From: Amphiscolops sp. MND2022
Lineage: Eukaryota
Assembly: GCA_964187785.1 (NCBI GenBank)
Contig: OZ076409.1
Span: forward strand, 71,488,001 to 71,552,000
Length of the DNA: 64,000 bases
Direction: 5' to 3'
Positions 37,954 through 53,436 of the stretch are shown piece after piece (position 1 is the stretch's first letter; every line of letters starts with the position of its first letter). Both the position numbers and the translations under genes were made by a program. Below the pieces are notes generated by a model. It did no database searches. It saw nothing but the letters and a program-made list of their open reading frames with translations, and was not told the origin of the DNA.

Positions 37954-40900
37954 GTGGGCGGGGGTAATTCCCCAACAAAAAAATCGGCCGGCGGGTCGGG
38001 TCCTGCCGGCCGTCCAAAATCAAAATCCTCCTAGTAGAAAACGGCCGGTCAAACGAGCTATTTTTTTATTTAACCGTTAGAATTTGGGTTTAGATTGCAT
38101 GCGGCCATGAAATGGCCATACGAATGGAAGTTCCTGCTGACGTTTTGCGATTGAAACACTTTATAAAAAGTTATGGCCAATTTGTCATTCACCTAGAAGG
38201 GCAAAATGAGGAAAATTTTAACAAAGTCACTGATAACTCAAAATGTAATAATTTTTGGACTTTGACAGTGAAACAAGCTTGGAACTGTCATTTCGTGGCT
38301 GTGGCATTGCACTGAACACAAAAGATGTAAAGTTTTCACATTTTTTGAAAATTCGACATTTTTGAATTTTTTTTCACTACTATCAGTACACTATATGTCA
38401 AAAACGCCTCTGAAAAAAAATTTTATTTGCTTAAAATTAGAAACCTTGGTATCCATGGTTTCCGTCAGTACCTACTCGCTGCCAAACGCTCAACAGTTTG
38501 CATCCAATGTGAAAATATAATTTTTTTCGAGGTCATAGGTGTTTCACGAGGATTTCTCAACTTAGTATCTATTTACAAATTGGTCATTTTGAACACATTA
38601 TTTTCATCGAAGCGTGTCAGATACCACCCTAATGCTCACGAATGGGCCTACTGGCAACGTTGGAACCATTTTTAGTAATAGAAAGTATTAAAAAAATATT
38701 TTCACCCGGTCTTCAGTCATTTTTCAGACATTCGGTACTTAACTTAGAAAAATTTCGCATCAAAAACCCATATTTGGTAGGGTCGAAATTTGAAATTCAG
38801 TTTTTTATGCAAAATTATTAACTCTGACGTAACCAGTGGAGCCCATGATACTCAAAAACACGATTGGGACTGGTATCAGTGGCTCCAATAACATATGAGC
38901 CGCGATAACACGTTATTCAGAGCAAACGCTCTAAATCGAAGTAAACATCTCTGAAGCCTGGGATCACAGTGAAATGTGATATCACCAAAAGTTTACTCTT
39001 TTTTGTCAATCACTATGTACACAGAGTGCGTAGGGTGAGTTTCAGGACTATAATGAGGTTTTTGAAGTAATCGCGCTGCTCAAGGGGTGGTATGAGACTA
39101 TTTTTTCCCATATACTACTACATTTCCATAAATTTGCAGTCCATTGTCTTGGAAAGATAACTTCACAAAAACAATTTTTCTACTCTATTCAGTTATTAGA
39201 ATAAAGTTGAACACTGTGGTTGATCAGAAATGCTCAATTCTTTTGGTTTTTAAAAAAATTCCTTCGCATTCGTTACATTTGTGGAAGGAAGGTTATCAGT
39301 AGCTCCAAAAAAAAACGAAATTTAGCACGAACAGACATGCAACGATGCAAAGCAAAAACGTTTTTACAACTTCCGACGTCATTATTTTACCCAAGAAGTT
39401 CGAAAATATCATTCGCAATGCTGTCATTCGCTATATATACGATCGCGGTCAATTTACAAACATTTAGATTTCATTGTTCTGCTTGAAAACCAATTTTTGT
39501 CAGGTCGAAATTTTAAATTTTGGCTGGGGAGCAATACCCTTCACGCTGAAGTAAACAGTGGGGCCCAAGTTACTCAAAAACAAGAAAGAGACTGCTACAA
39601 TATGTCCTAATAACATATGGACCACGATAGTACGTTTTTCACACAAAAAACTCTCATCCCAAGTAAATATGTTGAAAGCTTTTAATCACCGTGAGAAGTG
39701 ATTTCATCAAAAAATAACTCTTTTTTGTCAATCACTGTTTACACAGAATTTGTAAAGTTAGTTTGAGTCATGAAATGAGGCTTTACCGTAATATGGGTTG
39801 CTCAAGGTGTTATATAAGACAAAAACTTCCTCTTTTCTACTAGCTTCTTCAAATATTTCAACCCTTTGTCACAATAAGTTAATATTCAAAATCTCTTTGA
39901 AATGTATCTTTATGTTGGGGTGAAGTCTAAGAACAATAACTATGATCGAAGAATGCTAGTACTGGTGTTTGAACCATGTCCGGATGAACAAATCACAAAA
40001 TCATCAAAAAATTGTTCCCTTTTTTGGTTATTTTGGCAGTACTAAAAATGTTAGCCGATAAATAATTTTTTCGATGGCACCATTGGATTCCTCTCAAAAA
40101 GTTGGTTATATGACCTGTGTAATAACCCCGTATCTTTTCAATTTAAATATATTTAAAAAGCCAACTATTTTGACCAAAATCCTAAAAATCATACCATTTC
40201 CTAAAAATTTTCAAATGCACCCCATTTGACGTATAAGATAAGCACAGAAAACTATCATATACCGATCAACTCTACTCCTATTGTAGATTATTAGAATTTT
40301 GTTTAGAATGAATTTTGATGAATATTAAAAAAATTTTGAACCCTCCAAAAATGGGCCAAAATTACACGAAAAAATTGACCTTAAAATACCAAAATGTCAA
40401 AAAATCATCAAAACCCAGGCTTCTTGGGGTTCTATCAACTCCGCGTGGTCCACAGAGTATGCTAAAACAGGTTTTACCCGTTTTTGAGCAATATGTGAAA
40501 AAACCGACATTTTTGGGAAAGAAAAACATACCATTTCCTAAAAAAATTCAAATGCACGTCATTTGCCGTATTAGAATAGCACAGAAAACTATCACATACC
40601 AATCAACTCTACTTTCATTGCAGATGAACAGAATTTTGTTTAGAATAAATTTTACCGGATAATCAAAAAATTTGAATACTTCAAAAATGGGCCAAAAATA
40701 CACGAAAAAATGGACCTTAAAAATTTAAAATGTCAAAAAATCATCAAAACAACAGCTTCTTGGGGTTCTATCAACTCCACGAGGTCCACAGAGTATGCTA
40801 AAACAGGTTTTACCCGTTTTTGAGCAATATGTGAAAAAGCCGACATTTTTGGGAAAGAAAAACATACCATTTCCTAAAAAAATTCAAATGCACGCCATTT

Positions 40901-42715
40901 GCCGTATGAAAATAGCACAGAAAACTATCACATACCAATCAACTCTACTTTCATTGCAGATGAACAGAATTTTGTTTAGAATAAACTTTACCGGATAATA
41001 AAAAAATTTGATTCCTTCTAAAATGGGCCAAAATTACACGAAAAAATGGACCTTAAAATTTTAAAATGTCAAAAAATCATCAAAACCACGGCTTCTTGGG
41101 GTTCTATCAACTCCACGTGGTCCACAGAGTATGCTTAACCCGGTTTTACCCATCTTTGAGCAAAATGTGAAAATACCGACATTTTTGGAAAAGAAAAACA
41201 TGCCATTTTCTAATAAATTTCAAATGCACGCCATTTGCTGTATGAGAATAACACAGAAAGCTGTCACATACCGATCAACTCTACTTCCATTGTAGATTAT
41301 CAGAAGTTTGTTTAGAATAAATTTTGAAGGATAATAAAAAAATTTGAATCCATCAAAAATGGGCCAAAATTACACGAAAAAATTGACCTTAAAATATCAA
41401 AATGTCAAAAAATCATCAAAACCACAATTTCTTGGCGTTCTATCAACTCCATATGATACCAAACCAGGTACTGCCAATCGTTTGAGTTATAATAAAAAAA
41501 CGTCTTTTTTGGCAAGAATTCCATACCATAAATAATAATCATGTTCCATATAAGAAGCGAATCATTTCAGATATATACCCTGTTCATTTTTTTAATATTA
41601 CCGATTATTAATTTAATAGATGTTTTGAATGTGAGCTTCCTAAAAGGTTCAGGTGTGATGATACGTAAATAGAACCTTAGTTTCATCGAATTCTCAATTG
41701 AATATTTCCAATCTTAACCATCAGATAACAAGAAACACTTAAGTACATTCCATCTCCCCATCGGGGGAGATGAGAATGTACTTTCGAGAAGCCAAATACG
41801 TCCAACATTCAAACTTTTGTAAGTTTGTATGTAAGTCCTGAAACGAAGAAGGAATAAAATTGTTTCTGGTACATACATGAGTCTTTACTTCCGCTTCTAT
41901 TTCTGCTGAACAAAACCATTCGACTCTTTTGCCGGAGTTAAGATCGATTGTATTACCCAGTGAACAAAGGCATGACTGAAAACGTTTACTACTTTGTTCA
42001 TAATTTTCCGGCCTTCCGAAATGATGAAACGTCCACATAACTAAGATAGCAAGTGAATGACTGCGAAATGCACCTTATTAGATGAGGTAAATAACGTGTA
42101 AAACTCTCCTTTATCCTAACATGAGGTTGAGTAATGATCATTTGAGAATAGTTTGATATGTGAACACAATAGTATAAAACAAGTACATTTTATATGAATA
42201 ACGCCGTGGAAAGCGTTCAGAAAGGACAGTAGGCTTGTTTGGAACATGTATGTGTGGTGTCCCTTGGTGGCGTTCGCTTAGTGTATATGTCGAGGGGTAT
42301 TCGAGTTGTTATGATAGAATTTACACACAAGTCTTTTGTTTTTTGGTTTTTTTACAGTGTCGTTAAGTACCTGCATTCTATCCCCTTCTCAGAGATGACG
42401 TGAAGTTACGTTTGCTAAATAAATGTCATCGAAAGATCACACTCCCGACGAAATTAACTATCTTAACACGTGTTTAGAATTTTAAATAAACAACCGTATA
42501 AGATTTTTATATTTCATTGAGTTTGATGAAGTCTTTTGTTCTTCTCACTACTATTTCAACCAATACACATATCCGTTACCATATCACATGTCTCCATTAG
42601 TACAACGCCACATAGCGTTCCGACGCCCACAGTCTGTGGGCATGCCGAGGCATGCCCTTCGACGACGTATGGCAAATGGAGCCATGCCCGCCGTCTTTAC
42701 GGCGGTAGCGGCTAG
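37954..42715 (+). mobile_element. Unit 18, 4762-bp element
   Basis: Near-identical to unit 12. Junctions 37949 and 42711. Confidence 0.78.
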
Positions 42716-44703
42716 GTGGGCGGGGGTAATTCCCCAACAAAAATTACGGCCGGCGGGTTGGGTCCTGCCGGACGTTCAAATAGCGCGAAGCATCTAGTAG
42801 AAAACAAGGAGTCCTGAAACAGCGATTTTAAAATTGAACCGTTAGAATTTGGTTTTAGATTGCATGCGGCCCTAAAATCCCCATACGAATGGAAGTTCCT
42901 GCTGGCGTTAAGCGATTGAAATAATATATAAAAAGTTATGGCCCATTTTTGGGTCACCGAGAAGGTCAAAATGAAGAAAATTTTAACTAAGATGCTGATA
43001 ACTCAAAATGTGTTAATTTTTGGACTTTGACTGTGAAACAAGCTTGGAACCTTCATTTCGTGGCTGTGGCATTGCACTGAACACAAAAGATGTAAAGTTT
43101 TCACATTTTTTGAAAATTCGACATTTTTGAATTTTTTTTCACTACTATCAGTACACTATATGTCAAAAACACCTCTGAAAAATTTTTTTATTTGCTTAAA
43201 TTTAGAAACCTCGGTATCCATGGTTTCCGTCAGTACCTACTCGCTGCAAAACGCTCAACAGTTTGCATCCAATGTGAAAATAAAATTTTTTTCGAGGTCT
43301 TAGGTGTTTCACAAGGATTTCTCAACTTAGTATCAATTTACAAATTGGTCATTTTGAACACATTATTTTCATCGAAGCGTGTCATATACCGCCCTAATGC
43401 TCACGAACGGGCCTACTGGCAACGTTGGAACCATTTATAGTAATAAAAAGTTTTTAAAAAATTTTTTCACCCCGTCTTCAGTCATTTTACACACTTTCGG
43501 AACTTAACTTAGAAAAATTTCAACCAAAAACCCATTTTTTGTCAAGTCGAAAATTCAAATTCAGCTTTTTAAGCAAAATAAATAAATCTGACATAACCAG
43601 TGGGGCCCATGAAACTCAAAACCACGATTGAGACTGGTATCAAGTGCTCCAATAACATATGAGTCGCGATAAGACGCTATTTTGAGCAAAACATCTCAAT
43701 TGAGGTAAAGATCTCGCAAGCCAGCGATCACTGTGAAATGTGATTTCATCAAAAATTTACTCTTTTTTGTCAATCACTATGTGCACAGAATGCGTAGGGT
43801 GCGTTTCAGCACTATAATGAGGTTTTTGAAGGCATCGAGTTGCTCAAGGGGTGGTATGAGACATTTTTGTCCCATATACTACTGTAGTTTCCAAAATTTT
43901 TACCCCAATATCTGGAAATACAAACTTGACAAAATACTTTCAACTACTTTATTCAAAGGTTACAATATAGATGAACACTGTGGTTGATAAGAAACTTTCA
44001 TCTCTTTCGTTTTCGGAAATATTTCCGTTCGCATGTGTTACATTCATAGCAGAAAAAAAATCGAAACTGAAAAATACGCTATTTTGCTGATATAGAATCG
44101 CAATGATTGTGCCTAAAAACTCTTTAAACACTTCTAACGCAACCTTACGCACCCAAAATGATCGAAAATGCTATTCACAATGGTGACATGTGCTCTTTCT
44201 GCGATCCTGGCTGGACAAGGTTTGCATATTTTTCAAGTACCTGTCAGCTAAATCTTGTGATAGCCTTTTCAGTTGGCCTTGTGTCAACTTGGGAAGGCTA
44301 TCACATCAAAAAACCATCAACAAAAATAATTTTTGTTTATTGGATCTTACAGTCGATACTTTTTTTCGTGATTCTATACTACCGTTAGTTTATTTCATCA
44401 GGTCACCTTACGATTGCATTCAATCTTTGATAAAAACCTATGAACTCATAGTCACATTTATATATTTTTTTGCCAGAAAATAACATCAAAAATATCTAAA
44501 ATATATAAAACAGAGTCTTTAACAATTTTACGTTTCAAGTTTTTGCCGTTATTAGGCCAATCAACGTCCTAGAGCCACATCCTGCCACATACTGTACAAC
44601 GCCACATAGTGTTGCGACGTGCACAGTCTGTGGGCATGCCGAGGCATGCCCTTCGACGACGTATGCCGAATACCGCGGGCCTACGCCCGCGCTCCCCGGC
44701 TAG
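42716..44703 (+). mobile_element. Unit 19, 1988-bp element (near-identical to unit 21)
   Basis: Junctions 42711 and 44699. Type-B palindrome ~44257-44304. Confidence 0.78.
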
Positions 44704-47700
44704 GTGGGCGGGGGTAATTCCCCTTCAAAAAATTCGGCCGGCGGGTTGGGTCCTGCCGGACGTCAAATAGTGTGAAACATCCAGTAGGAAACGGCGACAT
44801 AAATCAGCGATTTTAAAATTTAACCGTTAGAATTCGGACTTGGAGTGCATGCGGCCCCAAAATGCCCATACGAATCGAAGTTCCTGCTGACGTTAAGCGA
44901 TAAAAACATTTTATAAAAAGTTATGGCCCATTTTACGTTCACCTATAAGGGTAAAATGAGGAAAATTTTTACAAAGTCGCTGATAACTCAAAATACATTA
45001 ATTTTTGGACTTTGACTGTGAAACAAGCTTAGAACCTTCATTTCGTGGCTGTGGCATTGCACTGAACGCAAAAGATGTAAAGTTTTTACTTTTTTTGAAA
45101 ATTTGACATTTTTGAAATTTTTTTCACTACTATCAGTACCATATATGTCAAAAACACCTCAGAAAAAAAATTTTATTTGTTTTAACTTGGAAACCTTGGT
45201 ATCCATGGTTTCTGTCGGAACCTAATCGCAACCAAACAACCAACAGTTTGCATCCAATATGAAAATAAAAAATTTTTCTGGGTCATAAGCGTTTCACAAG
45301 GATTTCTCAACTTAGTATTAATTTACAAAATGGTCATTTTGAACACAATATTTTCATCGAGGCTTGTCGGCTATAGCCTTAATGTTCTAGAACGGTCCCA
45401 CTGGCAACGTAGGAACCATTTATAGTAATAGAAAGTTTAAAAAAAATATTTTCACCCTGTCTTCAGTCATTTTTCAGTCATTCGGAACTTAACTTAGAAA
45501 AATTTCGACCAAAATACCCATTTTTTGACAGATCGAAAATTCAAATTCAACTTTTTAAGCAAAATTATTAACTCTGACGTAACCAGTGGGGCTCATGATA
45601 CTCAAAAACACGATTGGGACTGGTACCAATGGCTCCAATATCATATGAGCCGCGATAAGACGTTATTTTGAGCAATACGTCTCAATTGAGGGAAACATCT
45701 CGCAAGCCTGGGATCACAGTTAAAAGTGATTTCGTCAAAAATTTACTCTTTTTCGTCAATCACTATGTACACAGAGTGCGTAGGGTGAGTTTCAGCACTA
45801 TAATGCGGTTTTTGAAGGAATCGGTCTGCTCAAGGGGTGGTATGAGACATTTTTTTTGCATGTAGTACTATATTTCTCAAAACTTTTAGCCCATTATCTC
45901 GAAAAGCTCACTTCGCAAATTACTTTCAGTTACTCTATTCGAAGCTTAGAATATATATGAACACTGTGGTTGATCAGAAACTCTTGACTATTTTGTTTTT
46001 GGAAAAAAACTGCCTTGCATGTGTTACATTAGTGGCAGGAAAAATACCAGTAGCTCCAAAAATCACAATTTTGGACGGACAGACCTGCAATGATGCAAAG
46101 CAAAAACGTTTCAACAACTTCTGGCGCCACTTTTTTTACCCAAGAGGTTCGAAATTACTATTAACAATGCTGACATTCGCTATAAATAAGATCGAGGTCA
46201 ATTTACTAACACTTAGGTTATACATTTATATCTGAGAAACCATTCTTTGTCAGGTCGCAATTTTAAATTTAGTTTGGGAAGCAATACTTTTCACTCTGAA
46301 GCAAACCGTTGGGCCCAAATTACTCAAAAACTACAAAAAGACTGTCACCATATGCCCTAATAGCATATGAGATTCGACCGTATGTTTTTAACACAAAAAC
46401 TCTCATCCGAAGTAAACATGTTGAAAGCCTTGAATCACCGTGAGAAATGATTTCATCAAAAAATATTCCTTTTTCGTCAATCTTTATCTACACAGAACAC
46501 GCTGTGTCATTTTCAGCCGTGAAATGAGCTTCTACCGTAATATGGGTTGCTCAAGGTGTTGTATAAGACAAAAACTTCCTCTTTTCTACTATCTTCTTCA
46601 AATATTTCAACCCTTTGTCACAAGAAGTTAATATTCAAAATCTCTTTGAAATGTTTCTTTAAGTTGGGGTGAAGTGTTAGAACAATAATTATGATCGAAT
46701 AATGATAGTATTGGTGTTTGGACCATGTCCGGATGAACAAATTGCAAAATCATGAAAAATTTCTTACCATTTTTGGTCATTTTGTCAGTACTAAAAATGT
46801 TAGCTGAAAAAGAATTTTTTTGATGGCACCATTGGATTCCTCTCAAAAAGTTAGCTATATGAACTGTGTAATAACCCCGTATCTTTTCAATTTAAATAAT
46901 TTTAAAAAGCAAACTTTTTTGACTAAAATCCTAAAAATCATACCATTTCCTAAAAAATTTCAAATGCCCCCCATTTGACGTATAAGAATAGCACAGAAAA
47001 CTATCACATACCGATCGACTCTACTTCCATTGTAGATTACCAGAATTTTGTTTAGAACAATTTTTGACGGATGCAAAAAAAATTTAAACCCTCCAAAAAA
47101 GGGCCAAAATTACACGAAAAAATTGACCTTAAAATTTTAAAATGTCGAAAAATCATCAAAACCACAGCTTCTTGGGGTTCTATCAACTCCACATGGTCCA
47201 CAGAGTATGTTAAAACAAGTTTTACCCGTATTTGAGCAATATGTGAAAAAGCCGACTTTTTTGGGAATGAAAAACATACCATTTCCTAAAAAATTTCAAA
47301 CGCACCCCATTTGACGTATAAGAATAGCACAGAAAACTATCACATACCGATCGACTCTACTTCCATTGTAGGTTACCAGAATCTTGTTTAGAACAATTGT
47401 TGACGGATGCAAAAAAAATTAAACCCTCCAAAAATGGGCCAAAATTACACGAAAAAATTGACCTTAAATTTTTAAAATGTCAAAAAATCATCAAAACCAC
47501 AGCTTCTTGGGGTTCTATCAACTCCACGTGGTCCACAGAGTATGCTAAAACAGGTTTTACCTGTTTCTGAGCTATATGTGAAAAAACCGACATTTTGGGG
47601 AAGAAAAACATACCATTTCCTAAAAAATTTCAAATGCACGCCATTTGCCGTATGAGAATAGCACAGAAAACTATCACATACCGATCAACTCTACTTCTAT

Positions 47701-49466
47701 TGTAGATTATCAGATTTTTGTTTAGAACAAATTTTTATGGATATAAAAAATTTTTAAACCCTCCAAAAATGAGCCAAAATAACACGAAAAAATGGACCCT
47801 AAATTTTTAAAATGTCAAAAAATTATCCAAACCACAGCTTCTTGGGGTTCTATCAGCTCCACGTGGTCCACAGAGTATGCTAAAACAGGTTTTGCCCGTT
47901 TTTGAGCAGTATATGAAAAAGCCGACATTTTTGGGGAAGAAAAACATACCATTTCCTAAATAATTTCAAATGCAGGCAATTTGCCGTATGAGAGTAGCAC
48001 AGAAAACTATCACACACCGATCAACTCTACTTCTTTTGTAGATTATCAGAATTATGTTTAGAGTAAAGTTTTATGGATATGAAAAATTTTTATACCCTCC
48101 AAAAATGGGCCAAAATGACACGAAAAAATTGACCTCAAATTTTTAAAATGTCAAAAAATTATCCAAACCACAGCGTCTTGGCGTTCTATCAACTCCAAAT
48201 GACCTTCAGAGTATACCAAACCAGGTATTGCCAATCTTTTGAGCAATATTTAAAAACACCGACTATTTGGCAAGAACACCATAATATGTTCCATATAAGA
48301 AGTGAATCATTCCACATATATACCCCGTCTAATATTTCCAAATTAGCGATAACATTTATACATGATGGTTTTTGAAAGTGAGCTTCATAAGAGGTTGAGA
48401 TGTAATAATACGTAAATGGACCCTAAGTTTCATTGAAATCTCAATGGAATACGTCCAATCAACTTCAATCCTAACTATTATATAACAAAAAACACTTGAG
48501 TACATTCCATCTCCCCATCGGGGGAGATGAGAATGTACTTTTCAAAAGCCAAAAACTTCGAATTTTAAATCTTTTGTAACATTGTATGTAACTGTTGAAA
48601 CGATGAACGAACAAAAATGCTTCTAGTACCTTCATCAATTTTTGCTTCAGCTCCTATTTCTGCAGAACAAAACCAAAAGACACACTTACAGCAGTTAAGT
48701 TCGATTGTATAACTCAGTGAATAAAGGTATGACTGAGGAAGTTCACAAGTTGTTTCAAAAGTTTCCGGCCTTCCAAAATCATGAAACGTCCACACAACCA
48801 AGATAGCAAGTGAAAGAATGCTGAATGCACCTTATTAGATGAGATAAATAATGTGTGGAACTTGTCATTATCTCAAGATGACGTTGATTTATGATCTTTT
48901 AAGGATAGTTCGATATGTGACCACAATAGTGGAAAACTTATTACTATTTGAAGAACACCGTGGAAAGCGTTCAGAAAGGACAGTATATTTGTTTCGAGCA
49001 TGCATGCGTGTGTTCCTTTGGTGACGTTAGCTTAGTGTACATGACGGAGGTATTCGAGAGATTATGATAGAGTTTACTCACAAGTCTTTGTTTTTTTAAA
49101 CTTTCTATGCCGTTGAGTACATTCGTAAGGTACATCGATCCCCTTCTCTGGGAATGTACGTTTGCCAAATGACTGTCATCCAAAATTCGTAATCCGGACG
49201 AGTTTAACTACATAAACATGTGATGAGCGTTTTCAATTCACAACCGAATAACATTTTTTTTTCTCGAAAATGATGATGGTTTTGATTTTGATGTCTTCTA
49301 CTTTTATCATCATGCAAACGACCTTACCATGTCTCTCTTCTGTCGTCATTTGTACAACGCCACATAGCGTTCCGACGCCCACCGTCTGTGGGCATGCCGA
49401 GGCATGCCCTTCGACGACGTATGCCAAATGAGCCATACCCGCACTCTGGAGTGCGGTAGCGGCTAG
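44704..49466 (+). mobile_element. Unit 20, 4763-bp element
   Basis: Junctions 44699 and 49462. Unit-8/17-type 5' end on a unit-7-like body. ~336-bp internal repeat ~46940-48240, type-A palindrome ~48499-48539, terminal hairpin as in unit 17. Confidence 0.76.
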
Positions 49467-51453
49467 GTGGGCGGGGGTAATTCCCCAACAAAAATTACGG
49501 CCGGCGGGTTGGGTCCTGCCGGACGTTCAAATAGCGCGAAGCATCTAGTAGAAAACAAGGAGTCCTGAAACAGCGATTTTAAAATTGAACCGTTAGAATT
49601 TGGTTTTAGATTGCATGCGGCCCTAAAATCCCCATACGAATGGAAGTTCCTGCTGGCGTTAAGCGATTGAAATAATATATAAAAAGTTATGGCCCATTTT
49701 TGGGTCACCGAGAAGGTCAAAATGAAGAAAATTTTAACTAAGATGCTGATAACTCAAAATGTGTTAATTTTTGGACTTTGACTGTGAAACAAGCTTGGAA
49801 CCTTCATTTCGTGGCTGTGGCATTGCACTGAACACAAAAGATGTAAAGTTTTCACATTTTTTGAAAATTCGACATTTTTGAATTTTTTTTCACTACTATC
49901 AGTACACTATATGTCAAAAACACCTCTGAAAAATTTTTTTATTTGCTTAAATTTAGAAACCTCGGTATCCATGGTTTCCGTCAGTACCTACTCGCTGCCA
50001 AACACTCAACAGTTTGCATCCAATGTGAAAATAAAATTTTTTTCGTGGTCTTAGGTATTTCACAAGGATTTCTCAACTTAGTATCAATTTACAAATTGGT
50101 CATTTTGAACACATTATTTTCATCGAAGCGTGTCATATACCGCCCTAATGCTCACGAACGGGCCTACTGGCAACGTTGGAACCATTTATAGTAATAAAAA
50201 GTTTTAAAAAAACTTTTTCACCCCGTCTTCAGTCATTTTACACACTTTCGGAACTTAACTTAGAAAAATTTCAACCAAAAACCCATTTTTTGTCAAGTCG
50301 AAAATTCAAATTCAGCTTTTTAAGCAAAATAAATAAATCTGACATAACCAGTGGGGCCCATGAAACTCAAAACCACGATTGAGACTGGTATCAATGGCTC
50401 CAATAACATATGAGTCGCGATAAGACGCTATTTTGAGCAAAACATATCAATTGAGGTAAAGATCTCGCAAGCCAGCGATCACTGTGAAATGTGATTTCAT
50501 CAAAAATTTACTCTTTTTTGTCAATCACTATGTGCACAGAATGCGTAGGGTGCGTTTCAGCACTATAATGAGGTTTTTGAAGGCATCGAGTTGCTCAAGG
50601 GGTGGTATGAGACATTTTTGTCCCATATACTACTGTAGTTTCCAAAATTTTTACCCCAATATCTGGAAATACAAACTTGACAAAATACTTTCAACAACTT
50701 TATTCAAAGGTTACAATATAGATGAACACTGTGGTTGATAAGAAACTTTCATCTCTTTCGTTTTCGGAAATATTTCCGTTCGCATGTGTTACATTCATAG
50801 CAGAAAAAAAAATCGAAACTGAAAAATACGCTATTTTGCTGATATAGAATCGCAATGATTGTGCCTAAAAACTCTTTAAACACTTCTAACGCAACCTTAC
50901 GCACCCAAAATGATCGAAAATGCTATTCACAATGGTGACATGTGCTCTTTCTACGATCCTGGCTGGACAAGGTTTGCATATTTTTCAAGTACCTGTCAGC
51001 TAAATCTTGTGATAGCCTTTTCAGTTGGCCTTGTGTCAACTTGGGAAGGCTATCACATCACAAAACCATCAACAAAGATAATTTTTGTTTATTGGATCTT
51101 ACAGTCGATACTTTTTTTCGTGATTCTATACTACCGTTAGTATATTTCATCAGGTCACCTTACGATTGCATTCAGTCTTTGATAAAAACCTATGAACTCA
51201 AAGTCACATTTATATATTTTTTTGCCAGAAAATAACATCAAAAATATCTAAAATATATAAAATAGAGTCTTTAACATTTTTACGTTTCAAGTTTTTGCCG
51301 TTATTAGGCCAATCAACGTCCTAGAGCCACATCCTGTCATACTGTACAACGCCACATAGTGTTGCGACGTTCACGGTCTGTGGGCATGCCGAGGCATGCC
51401 CTTCGACGACGTATGCCGAATACCGCGGGCCTACGCCCGCGCTCCCCGGCTAG
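49467..51453 (+). mobile_element. Unit 21, 1987-bp element
   Basis: Near-identical to unit 19. Junctions 49462 and 51449. Confidence 0.78.
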
Positions 51454-53436
51454 GTGGGCGGGGGTAATTCCCCAACAAAAAAATCGGCCGGCGGGTCGGG
51501 TCCTGCCGGACGTCAAATAGTGTGAAACATCCAGTAGGAAACGGCGACATAAATCAGCGATTTTAAAATTTAACCGTTAGAATTCGGACCTGGAGTGCAT
51601 GCGGCCCCAAAATGCCCATACGAATCGAAGTTCCTGCTGACGTTAAGCGATAAAAACATTTTATAAAAAGTTATGGCCCATTTTACGTTCACCTATTAGG
51701 GTAAAATGAGGAAAATTTTTACAAAGTCGCTGATAACTCAAAATACATTAATTTTTGGACTTTGACTGTGAAACAAGCTTAGAACCTTCATTTCGTGGCT
51801 GTGGCATTGCATTGAACACAAAAGATGTAAAGTTTTTACATTTTTTGAAAATTCGACATTTTTGATTTTTTTTCACTACTATCAGTACACTATATGTCAA
51901 AAACACCTCTGAAAATAATTATTATTTGCTTAAAATTGGAAACCTTGGTATCCATGGTTTCTGTCGGAACCTACTCGCTGCCAAACACCCAACAGTTTGC
52001 ATCCAATGTGAATTTAAAATTTTTTTCGAGGTCATAAGGGTTTCACAAGGTTTTCATAACTTAGTATTAAACTACAAACTGGTCATTTTCAACATAATAT
52101 CTTTGTCGAGGCATGTCGGATATAGTCCTATTGCTCACGAACGGTCCTACTGGCAACGTAATAACCATTTATAGAAATGTAAAGTTATAAAAAAATTTTT
52201 TCACCCGGTCTTCAGTCATTTTTCAGTCATTCGGAACTTAACTTAGAAAAATTTCGACCAAAGTATCCTTTTTTTGTCAGGTCGAAAAATCAAATTCAGA
52301 TTTTTAAGCAAAATTATTAACTCTGACGTAACCCATGGGGCCCATGATACTCAAAACAACGATTGACACTGGTATCAATGGCTCCAATAACATATGAGTC
52401 GCGATAAGACGTTATTTTGAGCATTACGTCTCAATTGAGGTAAAGATCTCGCAAGCCAGCGATCACTGTGAAATGTGATTTCATCAAAAATTTACTCTTT
52501 TTTGTCAATCACTATGTGCACAGAATGCGTAGGGTGCGTTTCAGCACTATAATGAGGTTTTTGAAGGCATCGAGTTGCTCAAGGGGTGGTATGAGACATT
52601 TTTGTCCCATATACTACTGTATTTTCCAAAATTTTTAGCCCAATATCTGGAAATACAAACTTAACAAAATACTTTCAACTACTTTATTCAGAGGTTACAA
52701 TATAGATGAACACTGTGGTTGATCAGAAACTTTCATCTCTTTCGTTTTCCGAAATATTTCCCTTCGCATGTGTTACATTCGTAGCAGAAAAAAAAATCGA
52801 AACTGAAAAATACGCAATTTTGCTAATATAGAATCGCAATGATCGTGCCTAAAAACTCTTTAAACACTTCTAACGCAACCTTACGCACCCAAAATGATCG
52901 AAAATGCTATTCACAATGGTGACATGTGCTCTTTCTACGATCCTGGCTGGACAAGGTTTGCATATTTTTCAAGTACCTGTCAGCTAAATCTTGTGATAGC
53001 CTTTTCAGTTGGCCTTGTGTCAACTTGGGAAGGCTATCACATCAAAAAACCATCAACAAAAATAATTTTTGTTTATTGGATCTTACAGTCGATACTGTTT
53101 TTCGTGATTCTATACTACCGTTAGTATATTTCATCAGGTCACCTTACGATTGCATTCAGTCTTTGATAAAAACCTATGAACTCAAAGTCACATTTATATA
53201 TTTTTTTGCCAAAAAAAACATCAAAAATATCTAAAATATATAAAATAGAGTCTTTAACATTTTTACGTTTCAAGTTTCTGCCGTTATTAGGCCAATCAAC
53301 GTCCTAGAGCCACATCCTGTCATACTGTACAACGCCACATAGTGTTGCGACGTTCACGGTCTGTGGGCATGCCGAGGCATGCCCTTCGACGACGTATGCC
53401 GAATACCGCGGGCCTACGCCCGCGCTCCCCGGCTAG
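51454..53436 (+). mobile_element. Unit 22, 1983-bp element (mosaic)
   Basis: Junctions 51449 and 53432. First ~55 bp match units 12/16/18, the following sequence matches units 17/20, and the 3' part matches units 19/21. Confidence 0.76.
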